A stretch of DNA of 32,000 nt from Methanothermobacter marburgensis str. Marburg (GCF_000145295.1 NC_014408.1:780001-812000); one strand, 5' to 3'. Positions 17,837 through 26,719 are shown, numbered from the stretch's first letter. Numbers and translations are program-made. Notes: generated by a model from the letters alone, not told the origin.

Positions 17837-18103
17837 ATGGGGCCAGAAGTGAAGCGGCTGGGTGGTGGAATGAGGGAGTTCACCCCTGATGATCTCAGAA
17901 AATTTGATGGAATTTCAGGTCCCGCATACGTTGCATGTGACGGGATTGTCTATGATGTATCAGAGAGTTTCCTATGGAGGGATGGCCGTCACCAGGTCAT
18001 CCACAGGGCAGGAGGGGATCTCACCCATGAGCTGGAGAAAGCCCCCCATGGCAGGGAACTCCTTGAAAGGTTCCCTGTGGTTGGTACCCTGAAGGTGAAA
18101 TGA
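17837..18103 (+). CDS. Cytochrome b5-like heme/steroid-binding domain protein (COG4892-like)
   Basis: FTPDDLRKFDG..GPAYVACDGIVYDVS.S.LW.DG.H is the typical start of a b5-like/MAPR domain. The ATG at 17870 (GGTGGTGGA just upstream) is a possible alternative start. Confidence 0.75.
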   Translation: MGPEVKRLGGGMREFTPDDLRKFDGISGPAYVACDGIVYDVSESFLWRDGRHQVIHRAGGDLTHELEKAPHGRELLERFPVVGTLKVK

Positions 18104-18112
18104 GGGCTTCAG

Positions 18113-19857
18113 ATGGCAGACTTCAGGTGCACGGTATGCAATTACATCTTCCATGAGGAAAATGAGGGTGAATTCGACTCACTCCCGGTGGAATGGCGCT
18201 GCCCGGTATGCAACGCACCAAAGGACGCGTTTGTGAGGCTGGGTTCCAGATCCATGGGGACAGGGAGGACGGTCTCTGATGTTTTTATAGAACAGCTTGC
18301 AGCCTGGGGAGTCAGGTACGTCTTCGGGATCCCGGGTACATCAACACTGGGACTTGTTGATGCAATACGAAGGAACAGTGACGTGAGGTACATACAGGTG
18401 CGCCATGAGGCAGCAGCGGCATTTATGGCCTCTGCCTATGGCAAACTCACAGGAAACCCTGCGGTCTGCCTGGCAGTCGCTGGCCCCGGGGCATCGAACC
18501 TCATAACCGGACTCCTGGACGCGGCCCTTGACAGGGCGCCGGTTATAGCTGTGACAGGACAGGTTGAAACCTACAGGATCGGGACAGGTGCAAGTCAGGA
18601 GATAGACCAGCACAGCCTCTTCGAGTCCCTGACAGTGTACAACATGACCATCATAAGCCCTGATGAGACCCCGGAGATTGTGGGGGAGGCCCTGAAACAC
18701 GCCATCATTGAGAGGGGTGTTTCACATATCGATGTCCCCAGGGACGTTTAGACAATGGAGTGCACTGCCGAAGTGAGGCCGCTGGCCGGTTCGATCGCCC
18801 CGGTATCGGTGACCGTTCCCAGACATCAGCTGAAGGATGCCGCATCCTTAATTGATTCTGCAGAGCGTCCCATAATAATCGCTGGTTTCGGGGCGCTTGA
18901 AGCGGCAGAGAGTGTTGTTGAACTTGCAGAGAGGATAGGGGCCGGTATTGTGACCACATTCCGGGGTAAGGGGGTTGTTGATAACCACCACCCCCTTTAC
19001 CTGGGCTGCCACGGGAGCCTGGGGTCCACTGCGGCTGCAGAGGCTGTTAGAAAAGCTGATCTCCTTATTGTTATCGGATCATCCTTCTCTGACCTCACCC
19101 AGCTTCCCCCTGGGAGGATCCTGCAGATTGACATAGACCCCTCATGATCGCAAGGCGCCACCCGGTTGAGATGGGCCTCGAGGGTAGATCATCACACACA
19201 GTACCTGAGCTTCTCTCCATGACCCGTGAGAGGAGGAGGGAGTCCTACAGGGCAGAGCTCAGGGAACTCAGGGCAAGGTGGCTGGATCTTCTTGAATCTG
19301 AAATCGACCCATCCTCAAGGCCCATAAGGCCACAGTACATAATGGCTGTCCTCAATGACCTCCTTGATCAGGGGGCAGTCATAGCACTTGACGTTGGTGA
19401 GAACGGCTGGTGGTTTGGAAGGAACTTCCAGATGAGGGGCACACAGAGGCTCATCTTCTCGGGGTACCTTGGTTCAATGGGTTTCGGGCTTCCAGCTGCT
19501 ATTGCAGCGCAGCTGGAGTTCCCTGACAGGGAGGTTGCATGTATAACAGGTGATGGAGGGTTTTCCATGGTCATGGCTGAATTTCTCACCGCGGTTAAGT
19601 ACCATCTCCCTGTGAGGGTCTTCGTACTCAACAACAGGAGCCTCGGGATGATAATGCAGGAGCAGCTGGTTGAGGGTTTTCCCACCTGGCAGACCGAACT
19701 GCAGAACTTTGACTTCGCAGAGTTCGCTGAGAACTGTGGCGGTCGGGGAATCCAGGTCACCGAACCAGACAAACTGGAGGATGCTGTTTCAGATGCCCTC
19801 GGAACAGATGGACCGGTTGTCGTGGACATCGAAACCGATCCGAGGCGCTTCATCTGA
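18113..19857 (+). pseudogene. Rubredoxin-domain fusion to a thiamine-diphosphate enzyme (pyruvate oxidase/acetolactate-synthase family), disrupted by an in-frame TAG and one frameshift
   Basis: Three consecutive ORFs (18113..18751, 18755..19147, 19144..19857) cover the TPP_N, central and TPP_C modules in order. Recognisable motifs are GIPGTS..., ..PVIAVTGQV.., and GSMGFGLPAAIAAQL...ITGDGGF..NN (the TPP-binding motif). The N-terminus is rubredoxin-like (CTVC..(x24)..CPVC). TAG at 18749-18751 is in frame with the next ORF (HIDVPRDV*), and a Gln usually follows PxDV in this family. The frame changes at about 19140-19150 (IDIDPS / IARRHPVEMGLEG). Confidence 0.8.
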
Positions 19858-20890
19858 TTACATGGACCGCGGATGCCTTGAATTCAAGCCAGACCTCTGA
19901 GCCTGTGGTGATCCCCATATCGTGGAGTGACCTTGCTGTCATGTGGACAGTTAGTGTCTCATCACCACACCTGACCTCAAGTTCCTGCAGGGTGCCTGAA
20001 TCACGTATCGCCTTCACGGTCCCCCGGAGCTGGTTCAGTGCACTTGACTCCACCCTCCCCCAGGATACGGTTATATCCTCGGGTCTCACGGTGGCTGAAA
20101 CCATGCCCTCGGCCTCCTCTGACGAGTAGATACTCACGCCATCGCATTCTATGAGGGTTACACCGTCGGGGGTTACCCTGGCACTTCCCCTCAGTATGTT
20201 CTCTGCACCCACGAACTCTGCAACGAACCTGCTCGCAGGCCTCCTGAACACCTCAGCTGGTTCACCCACCTGGAGGATCCTCCTGTTGAGTATGGCTATC
20301 CTGTCAGAGAGCTTCTGGCCCTGGATGAGGTCATGGGTTGTGAGTACCACCGTAACGTCAAGCCCAGCTATGACCTCCTCCATCCTCCTTGTGGATACAG
20401 GGTCAAGGCTCGATGTTGCCTCATCCAGGAGCACAAGTTCAGGCCGGTTTATGAGTACCTGGGCAAGGGCCAGGCGCTGCCTCTCACCACCAGACAGTTC
20501 AGTGGTTTTCCTTGAGGCGTCCTCAAGGCCCACCAGTTCAAGGACCTCCCGGACCTCCCTGGCCTCTGGTTTCATTCCCCTCACATGGGGACCGTAGAGG
20601 ATGCTCTCCCTCACGGTACCCCGGAATACGGGGGTGTTCTGGAATACCATGCCCATCCTTCTCCTGACATCCACCTCCCTCTTCTCAGCCACATTCTCGC
20701 CCTGGAAGATTATCTCGCCACTGTCAGGCCTTTCAAGGAGGTTTATTATACGTAGAAGTGTGGATTTCCCTGCCCCTGTGGGCCCTATGATCCCCAGGGT
20801 CTCACCCTCCCTGACCTCAAGATTCACATCATCCAGAACCCTCACGTCCCGGTAGGTCTTTTCTATCCCGTGGAGTTCAAGCACATTCAT
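19850..20890 (-). CDS. tupC: ABC transporter ATP-binding protein with C-terminal TOBE/Mop-like domain (tungstate TupC-like)
   Basis: Walker A GPTGAGKST, signature LSGGERQR, Walker B LVLLDEATSSLD. A C-terminal beta-rich extension of about 110 aa follows. The start lies 2 nt after the permease stop. Confidence 0.8.
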   Translation of the reverse strand: MNVLELHGIEKTYRDVRVLDDVNLEVREGETLGIIGPTGAGKSTLLRIINLLERPDSGEIIFQGENVAEKREVDVRRRMGMVFQNTPVFRGTVRESILYGPHVRGMKPEAREVREVLELVGLEDASRKTTELSGGERQRLALAQVLINRPELVLLDEATSSLDPVSTRRMEEVIAGLDVTVVLTTHDLIQGQKLSDRIAILNRRILQVGEPAEVFRRPASRFVAEFVGAENILRGSARVTPDGVTLIECDGVSIYSSEEAEGMVSATVRPEDITVSWGRVESSALNQLRGTVKAIRDSGTLQELEVRCGDETLTVHMTARSLHDMGITTGSEVWLEFKASAVHVIR

Positions 20891-20892
20891 GA

Positions 20893-21579
20893 CTATTTCT
20901 CCTGGAAATGGTTCAGTACTGTGTTAACGGCCAGTGATATGATGAGGAGTATTATCCCCAGGGCTATTGATAGTTCAAGGTTTCCCCTTGAGGTTTCAAG
21001 TGATATGGCGGTTGTTATGACCCTTGTGAAGCCCCTTATGTTTCCACCGAGCATTATGGCGACCCCGACCTCTGAGATTGCCCTCCCGAATCCCAGTATG
21101 ATGGCTGCCATGACAGCGTACCTTGCCTCCTCCAGGACCCTCAGCATAACCTGGAACTCGGTGGCGCCCAGGGATCTTGCAAGGTCCCTGAGCTCCGGTT
21201 TAACACTTCTGAGGGCTGTGATGCTGAAACCTGTGACCAGCGGGAGGATGAGTATGGTCTGGCCGAGTACCATGCCGGCAGGTGTGAAGAGGAGGTTGAG
21301 CGGACCCAGTGGCCCTGAGCGTGAGATGAGGAGGAATACAAAGAGGCCCACAAGTACCGTGGGGATGCTGTAGAGGGTCTGTATGATGTTAAGGAGGGCC
21401 CTCTTTCCTCTGAAATCCTGCAGGTCAATCATCGCCGCCACCGGAACTGCAATTAGAGATGCCAGGACCGTGGATGAGACTGAGATCATGAGGGTTCTTG
21501 CTGTTATGTCAATGAGTTCAGGGTCAAGTGATGCCATGAGTTCAATGGCCCTTAAGAATCCAGTTAGTATCTCATTCAA
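20893..21579 (-). CDS. tupB: ABC transporter permease (tungstate TupB-like)
   Basis: 228-aa ORF with 5-6 TM segments. The EAA-loop motif is LARSLGATEFQVMLRVLEEARYAV. Confidence 0.8.
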   Translation of the reverse strand: MNEILTGFLRAIELMASLDPELIDITARTLMISVSSTVLASLIAVPVAAMIDLQDFRGKRALLNIIQTLYSIPTVLVGLFVFLLISRSGPLGPLNLLFTPAGMVLGQTILILPLVTGFSITALRSVKPELRDLARSLGATEFQVMLRVLEEARYAVMAAIILGFGRAISEVGVAIMLGGNIRGFTRVITTAISLETSRGNLELSIALGIILLIISLAVNTVLNHFQEK

Positions 21580-21649
21580 TTCCCAGCATCTCCTGGAAAA
21601 TTAAATCAGTTGAAATCTGTAAGTAAAAAGTAAATATTAAGTATTCCTA

Positions 21650-22525
21650 TTAGCTTTTTGGTTCATCCCCTCCAAAGAGGGCTGTGAAGAGTGACTGACC
21701 GTATTTATCCTTTCCGTAATCTGCTATGAGTTTCTGGCACTCATCGCTCAGGAGGAAGTCAACAAATTTCTCTGCAGCCACGCTGTTCACACCACTCACC
21801 TTCTCTGGGTTCACGGGTATTGCTGCATAGACATTCAGTAGCGCCTTATCCTGTGTGAGGTATGTCACAAGTGTGATGTTGCTTCTGTAGGCAAGGTATG
21901 TGCCTGAATCTGTGAGTGTGTAGGCGCCCTTCTGGTCTGCAACCCTGAGTGTGTCCCCCATTCCGCTCCCGGTTTCAATGTACCATGCTGATCCATTGAC
22001 TGTTGCGTTGTAGTCTGTTACGTTTTTCCAGATCTTTATCTCCCTTGAATTGGTGCCTGAGTTGTCCCCCCTTGATACGAATTTCACAGAGGGGTTTCTG
22101 GCTGCTGCCTCAAGGATCCTCCTGAATGCGTCCTCTGCAGATTTAGCTTCACTGATATTCGCGGGGTCACTCTTTGGTCCCACAATGTAGAAGTAATTGT
22201 AGGCGAAGGGGTATCTTCCTGTACCGTAACCCTCCTTTATGAACTCCTTCTCCCTGGTTCTGTCGTGCACTATGACGAGGTCGGCGTCGCCCCTTTTTCC
22301 CCGCTCAAGGGCTATACCCGTACCACCTGAAACTATCTGCACATCGATGTCAGGGTATTTTTTCTCGAATGCTGCCTCCACACTCTCAAGGAGCCCTGTA
22401 TCTTCCAGGCTTGTTGTTGTGGATATTCTGAGTATCTGCCTGTTTCCATTGTCTGATATCCCATAAATGGCTGCCCCTATGATCACTGCAATAAGAGCCG
22501 CCATAGCAACGTATTTTTTCTCCAT
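21650..22525 (-). CDS. tupA: Periplasmic-type substrate-binding protein, tungstate-binding TupA-like
   Basis: N-terminal membrane anchor or signal (VAMAALIAVIIGAAIYG), then RISTTTSLEDTGLL...VSGGTG, the TTTS anion-binding motif typical of TupA. Start taken at the second ATG (22525), because GGAGGT lies 7 nt upstream of it. Confidence 0.75.
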   Translation of the reverse strand: MEKKYVAMAALIAVIIGAAIYGISDNGNRQILRISTTTSLEDTGLLESVEAAFEKKYPDIDVQIVSGGTGIALERGKRGDADLVIVHDRTREKEFIKEGYGTGRYPFAYNYFYIVGPKSDPANISEAKSAEDAFRRILEAAARNPSVKFVSRGDNSGTNSREIKIWKNVTDYNATVNGSAWYIETGSGMGDTLRVADQKGAYTLTDSGTYLAYRSNITLVTYLTQDKALLNVYAAIPVNPEKVSGVNSVAAEKFVDFLLSDECQKLIADYGKDKYGQSLFTALFGGDEPKS

Positions 22526-22665
22526 GCTTGGAACCTCCATTACAACAGATATACTGTATCGACATGCAATATATATGCATATCGGTTTTATGACGGAATA
22601 GGTCGTGTCAGCTATTCAAACAAAAGAGTGGTGATCCTCAAAATCTTAAACTATCGTTACATTTT

Positions 22666-22815
22666 CTCAAAAAAAGTAAAAAGCAGACCCTAACCCTTAT
22701 ACTTCTTCTCAAATCCTCAAAAAAAGTAAAAAGCAGACCCTAACCCTTATACTTCTTCTCAAATCCTCAAAAAAAGTAAAAAGCAGACCCTAACCCTTAT
22801 ACTTCTTCTCAAATC
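22666..22815. repeat. Perfect 50-bp tandem repeat x3 (ctcaaaaaaagtaaaaagcagaccctaacccttatacttcttctcaaatc)
   Basis: Read directly: units at 22666-22715, 22716-22765 and 22766-22815 are identical. On the minus strand each unit equals the last 7 codons plus stop of the ATP-cone gene plus an oligo-T tract. Confidence 0.95.
22766..22783 (-). terminator. Oligo-T archaeal-type terminator (CTTTTTACTTTTTTTGAG on the minus strand); two more identical copies follow downstream within the repeat
   Basis: T5 and T7 runs begin 7 nt after the TAG stop (22790-22792) of the ATP-cone gene. Archaeal RNA polymerase terminates at oligo-T tracts. Confidence 0.45.
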
Positions 22816-23062
22816 TTCTCCAAGACCTTGCAATGTAGGGCTCGCACTTATCAAGCTCGGTTAAAAGGCACATCCTTATGGTATCGGTTTTGATCTCCTC
22901 CTCACCCTTTATCTTCTCTGTAACGGTCTGGTAGACCTTCTCAATGATCTCCCTCTTCTCCTCAGGACTGTAACCTGCATCAATGGCAGCCTTCTCAAGT
23001 GAGGCCCGTATCTTTGATGGGTCGTAGGCCTCCCTGGAACCCCTTCTCTTTATCACATTCAT
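22790..23062 (-). CDS. Stand-alone ATP-cone domain protein
   Basis: MNVIKRRGSREAYDPSKIRASLEKA...TDTIRMCLLTEL matches the ATP-cone pattern (V.KR.G..E.fd..KI...l). Start taken at the ATG at 23062, after GGGTGATCATT (the tracked ORF begins at 23089). Confidence 0.75.
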   Translation of the reverse strand: MNVIKRRGSREAYDPSKIRASLEKAAIDAGYSPEEKREIIEKVYQTVTEKIKGEEEIKTDTIRMCLLTELDKCEPYIARSWRRFEKKYKG

Positions 23063-23301
23063 AATGATCACCCTGTATATTATGTTCATCTTTCAATAAA
23101 TTTTTTTCCAGTTAAAAAAAGGAAGGACCTCATAAAGCTTATTCAGAACAGATTACATAAAAATAAAGGTATTCAAAACACATGGTACTGGAATGACTCC
23201 CGGGAAGGGACTATCTGATGATGTATTGTGTACTCGATGAACCTGAATCACCTGGGGGCCTCCTCATGAGGCCGAGAAGTACATCATGGAGAGGTTGAAG
23301 G

Positions 23302-24000
23302 ATGAATGAATGCAGAGAGAACGGTTCATGGAAGAGAAAGCTGCTTACGGCAATGAGGATATTCCTTGTGGTTATGGGCCTGATAATAGTGGTCTTCGGG
23401 GCCGGGGGCACAAAGGTCTTCGGCCTCATGACGCTCCTTGCGGTGGCCGTGGTGTACCTCCCGGCCCTCAGGCACCCTGATGGCCTCAGCGTCATCCCTG
23501 TTGAGATAGAGATCCTCTTCCTCACCGTGGTTGCACTGGAGTATATACTGGGCAATACCTTTGGTCTGTACGGGAGAATAGCCTACTATGACAAGTTCAT
23601 GCACTTCACAGTCCCCTTCATAGTGGCCCTCATCGGGATGATGCTCCTCTACACCGCCTACGTCTACGGGAAGATAAGGACCAGTCTCTTCATAATGGCG
23701 TTCCTCATAATATTCGTGACACTGGGTATAGGCGCCCTCCTTGAACTGGTTGAGTATGGCTACGACCACCACCTTTACAGGCACATAGAGCACTTCCTCC
23801 CCACTGGTCCCACCCAGGGCTCACCCGTTATGGATCCGCTCACCGATACCATGATGGACCTCCTCACAGATCTCATAGGAGGTATATTTGGGGCAGTGAC
23901 AGGCATAATACTCATAAGAAGGGCTGAGGAGAAGAACTACTGCCTTGACTGGGTTGATGAGATAGCAAGGTTCGAGGGGATAGATGAAGAGGAGGACTAG
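23302..24000 (+). CDS. Polytopic integral membrane protein of unknown function (about 6 TM, acidic C-terminal tail)
   Basis: 232-aa ORF with a GAGAGGT SD-like sequence 8 nt upstream. It has repeated hydrophobic helices, a conserved-looking YYDKFMHF and ELVEYGYDH, and a FEGIDEEED tail. The overlapping antisense ORFs are His/Glu/Tyr-rich shadows. Confidence 0.7.
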   Translation: MNECRENGSWKRKLLTAMRIFLVVMGLIIVVFGAGGTKVFGLMTLLAVAVVYLPALRHPDGLSVIPVEIEILFLTVVALEYILGNTFGLYGRIAYYDKFMHFTVPFIVALIGMMLLYTAYVYGKIRTSLFIMAFLIIFVTLGIGALLELVEYGYDHHLYRHIEHFLPTGPTQGSPVMDPLTDTMMDLLTDLIGGIFGAVTGIILIRRAEEKNYCLDWVDEIARFEGIDEEED

Positions 24001-24071
24001 ATAGGCATCAGATCATCCCTCTAACTTACGAATAGTAAAACTAGATGGGCTTCAGTATGTCTCTGTTAAGC

Positions 24072-24320
24072 TCATGACGCTGCAAGGATGAAAGCCATCA
24101 TAACGGGGAGAAGGCAGATTTTAACCACCTCAAACTCCATGAGGGGTATGAACTCCTTTATGAACCTCACAGCCACGATTATGGCACCACTTACAAGTCC
24201 CATGGACACAAATCCCCAGACCCCTGATGCGAACCTTGTGAGCATGTAGTTCCTCACAGAAACCGCTGCTGCAAGGGTTATGAATATGAGGGATGCGGCC
24301 TTTAGGAGAACTAGTATCAT
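24072..24320 (-). CDS. Small 3-TM membrane protein, unknown function
   Basis: 82-aa ORF. Its ATG overlaps the upstream stop (ATGA at 24317-24320), indicating translational coupling. It has three hydrophobic helices. Confidence 0.65.
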   Translation of the reverse strand: MILVLLKAASLIFITLAAAVSVRNYMLTRFASGVWGFVSMGLVSGAIIVAVRFIKEFIPLMEFEVVKICLLPVMMAFILAAS

Positions 24321-24601
24321 GTCTCAGCCTCCAGTTTCCTGTTGGACCTCAGTGAGGCATAGAGGAACATTGCCGCTGCAAGCATGATGAAAACCCACTC
24401 AATGGTCCTCATAAGATCAAATGCCATTATCTCCCTCATAAAACCGAACACAGTTGATATAAAGAGCATGAAAACCGCGATGGTCATGGGGATCCACCTG
24501 CCGTCATGGGCAGAGACCCTCAGCATGTAGATGAGGCTCAGACCGGTTATAACTGTGGATATGAGCTGGGCCACCTGAAATTCACGTCCATAGGGGATCA
24601 T
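24317..24601 (-). CDS. Small 3-TM membrane protein, unknown function
   Basis: Start taken at the ATG at 24601 (MIPYGREF...), which has GGTGAT 3 nt upstream. The tracked GTG start at 24655 lies inside an 18-bp repeat. It has three hydrophobic helices. Confidence 0.65.
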   Translation of the reverse strand: MIPYGREFQVAQLISTVITGLSLIYMLRVSAHDGRWIPMTIAVFMLFISTVFGFMREIMAFDLMRTIEWVFIMLAAAMFLYASLRSNRKLEAET

Positions 24602-24651
24602 CCTATCACCATGTACATATATGTCCACTGGATAATTTAGTTCTTTCCCTA

Positions 24652-24723
24652 ACACGGTTCAGGAACTTCACTAGAAACAGTTTATCATTGTATTGTCCCC
24701 TCATCACACGGTTCAGGAACTTC
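24652..24723. repeat. 18-bp perfect direct repeat acacggttcaggaacttc (24652-24669 and 24706-24723) flanking 36 bp
   Basis: Read directly. The right-hand copy contains the last codons and the TGA stop of the histidine kinase. Confidence 0.9.
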
Positions 24724-26680
24724 TCTCAGGAAAGGTTATCCTGAAAACCGCCCCTCCCTCATTGAAGGTTTCAAGTTCACCGTCAAGCTGACCAACAAGG
24801 GCCCTCACAAGGGTCATCCCCAGTGAATCCGATGAACCTGAACTGAAATCTTCTGGAAGCCCCTGGCCTGTATCCCTGTAATCCAGGAGGTACACCCCAC
24901 CTTTAAGGTTAAAGCTGATTATGATTCTCCCCTTGCCATCAGGGAAGGCGTACTTTACTGAATTTGTGACAAGTTCACTGACTATGAGGGCCAGGGGGAC
25001 CGCCAGCTCAATATCAAGGCTCAGATCATCCACTCTGATGTCTGATACGATACCCGAGGCCCCGTAGGTTGAGAGGATTTCAGTTGCAAGGCGTGAGATG
25101 TAGTTCCTCATGTTTATCTCTGAGAGGGTCTCTGACTGGTAGAGGTTCTCGTGTATCATGGCCATGGACTTTATACGGGTCTGGCTCTCCTCAAATATCC
25201 TGAGGTCCTCAGCGTCCCTTATGTAGGGCTTCTGCATGTTCAGGAGACTTGATATTATCTGCAGGTTATTCTTTACACGGTGGTGTATCTCCCTTATAAG
25301 TGTCTCCCTCTCCCTGAGGGCGGATATCAGTGATTCCTCATATCTCCTGGCCTCTGTAACATCCCTCACAAGCACAGCTCCAAGACCAGGCATGATGCTG
25401 AATCTGAAGATTCTGACCACCCTCTCACCCCTTATGAGGAACTCATCGTTTCCACGGGTCTCAAGGATCACCTCGGAGCATATCTCAGGCATCTTCCTTC
25501 CCAGAGCATCATCCCTTCCAGTTGAGGTTATCTCCTCAAGTGCCCGGTTCCAGTAGATTACAGTATCTGATTCATCGGTTATTGCGATACCATCTGATAT
25601 GTTATCTGCAACTCCCCTGAACCTCATCTCACTTTCACGGAGCCTCTCTGTGGCCCTCCTCTGGAGGCTTATATCAGTTGCAATGAATACGAACCCAATG
25701 GGCTCCCTGAAGCGCCCCCTTATGGGGGATGCTGTGAGGAGAACGTCAGTTGTCCTTCCGTCCGATGAGATTATCCTGGTCTCCATTTCAGATGAGCTAA
25801 AACCAGAGACCACCTCCCTGAGCATCTCCCTGTCAGATGGGTCAAACAGATCCCAGAATGGTTTACCCCGCAGGTCTTCTGAGCTGTAGGAGAGCTTCTC
25901 ATGGACGCTCCTGCCGCAGCTTGTAACCCTCCCCTCAAGGTCTGTTATGATGAGGAAGTTGGGCATAACATCAGCTATGCTCCTTGCAGCGATGGCAGGT
26001 GAGAGTTCTGGAAAGTCGTACCTCCAGACCCCGTAGGCAATGAAGAGCAGGCCAATGGATAGCATGGTCTGGGTGAACTCCGGGAAGACCAGTCCCATAA
26101 GGTCCCTGAAGATGAAGTCAGTTGTGAAGCTCACAATCAGAGGCACGAAAAGACCCGTGAATATGTAGAGGGACTCCCTCTTCCTGTACCCTCGGGATCT
26201 CAGGTAGTCCCTGAGGGTGATGGCTGCCGCTGTCAGTGTCAGGGTAACGGTCCAGAGCGAGAAGAGTGCAAAGACCAGAGGTGGTTCCGGCAGGGCGTAG
26301 GTCCAGCCATAATATGTGAGGAGTGGACCGGAAATGAAGAGGTCAGTGAGGAGTCCCGTTAATATGAAGATAAGTGCAGGTGCATAGATTACTGCAAGTG
26401 CCGGTTTACCCACCCTTCTTCGTGTGTAGGTGAGGGATATGTGGAGGAGAATTGCAGGTATAATGGGCCAGAGGAGGCTCAGCCTGAGCCATATTAGGGC
26501 ATCGTCGGGTGCTGCCACTGTCCGGTAGACGAACTCGGTGAATGCCATGAATGATACAGCAACACCAAGGTTGGATACAAGCAGATTGAGGTTATTACGG
26601 GGGTTCCTGTAGTAGATGAATACCGATGTGTAGAATGCAATCACAGATGCAAGGAGGGATATGATTGAGTAGGGGTTCAT
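24713..26680 (-). CDS. Sensor histidine kinase: N-terminal 6-7 TM sensor (HisKA_7TM-like), two PAS-like domains, HisKA_2 and HATPase
   Basis: H-box REIHHRVKNNLQIISSLL (HisKA_2 type), N-box ELVTNSVKYAF, G-boxes DTGQGLP and SLGMTLV. The N-terminal 230 aa or so are polytopic. Start taken at the second ATG (26680), preceded by GGAGG. No response regulator gene is adjacent. Confidence 0.85.
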   Translation of the reverse strand: MNPYSIISLLASVIAFYTSVFIYYRNPRNNLNLLVSNLGVAVSFMAFTEFVYRTVAAPDDALIWLRLSLLWPIIPAILLHISLTYTRRRVGKPALAVIYAPALIFILTGLLTDLFISGPLLTYYGWTYALPEPPLVFALFSLWTVTLTLTAAAITLRDYLRSRGYRKRESLYIFTGLFVPLIVSFTTDFIFRDLMGLVFPEFTQTMLSIGLLFIAYGVWRYDFPELSPAIAARSIADVMPNFLIITDLEGRVTSCGRSVHEKLSYSSEDLRGKPFWDLFDPSDREMLREVVSGFSSSEMETRIISSDGRTTDVLLTASPIRGRFREPIGFVFIATDISLQRRATERLRESEMRFRGVADNISDGIAITDESDTVIYWNRALEEITSTGRDDALGRKMPEICSEVILETRGNDEFLIRGERVVRIFRFSIMPGLGAVLVRDVTEARRYEESLISALRERETLIREIHHRVKNNLQIISSLLNMQKPYIRDAEDLRIFEESQTRIKSMAMIHENLYQSETLSEINMRNYISRLATEILSTYGASGIVSDIRVDDLSLDIELAVPLALIVSELVTNSVKYAFPDGKGRIIISFNLKGGVYLLDYRDTGQGLPEDFSSGSSDSLGMTLVRALVGQLDGELETFNEGGAVFRITFPERSS

Positions 26681-26719
26681 ATACGCCTCCATGCGAATCT
26701 AAATGGCGGTATGCTTGCA

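Noticed and set aside
18749-18751. In-frame TAG as a pyrrolysine codon or programmed read-through
   Set aside because: The position usually carries Gln in TPP enzymes (CAG to TAG is a single transition). No pyl genes are in the window. The same gene also carries a frameshift. A nonsense mutation is the simpler reading.
19850-19857. 8-bp convergent overlap of the TPP-enzyme and tupC 3' ends
   Set aside because: Short convergent overlaps are common in compact genomes, and no specific signal is visible.
19878-21604. Plus-strand ORFs (83-167 aa) antisense to tupC and tupB
   Set aside because: They show the same shadow-ORF pattern as above. The ABC ATPase and permease motifs are unambiguous on the minus strand.
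22666-22815. Possible CRISPR array (identical repeats of about 50 bp)
   Set aside because: The units are directly contiguous with no spacers, only three copies exist, no cas genes are nearby, and the unit includes a gene's 3' end. It is a tandem duplication.
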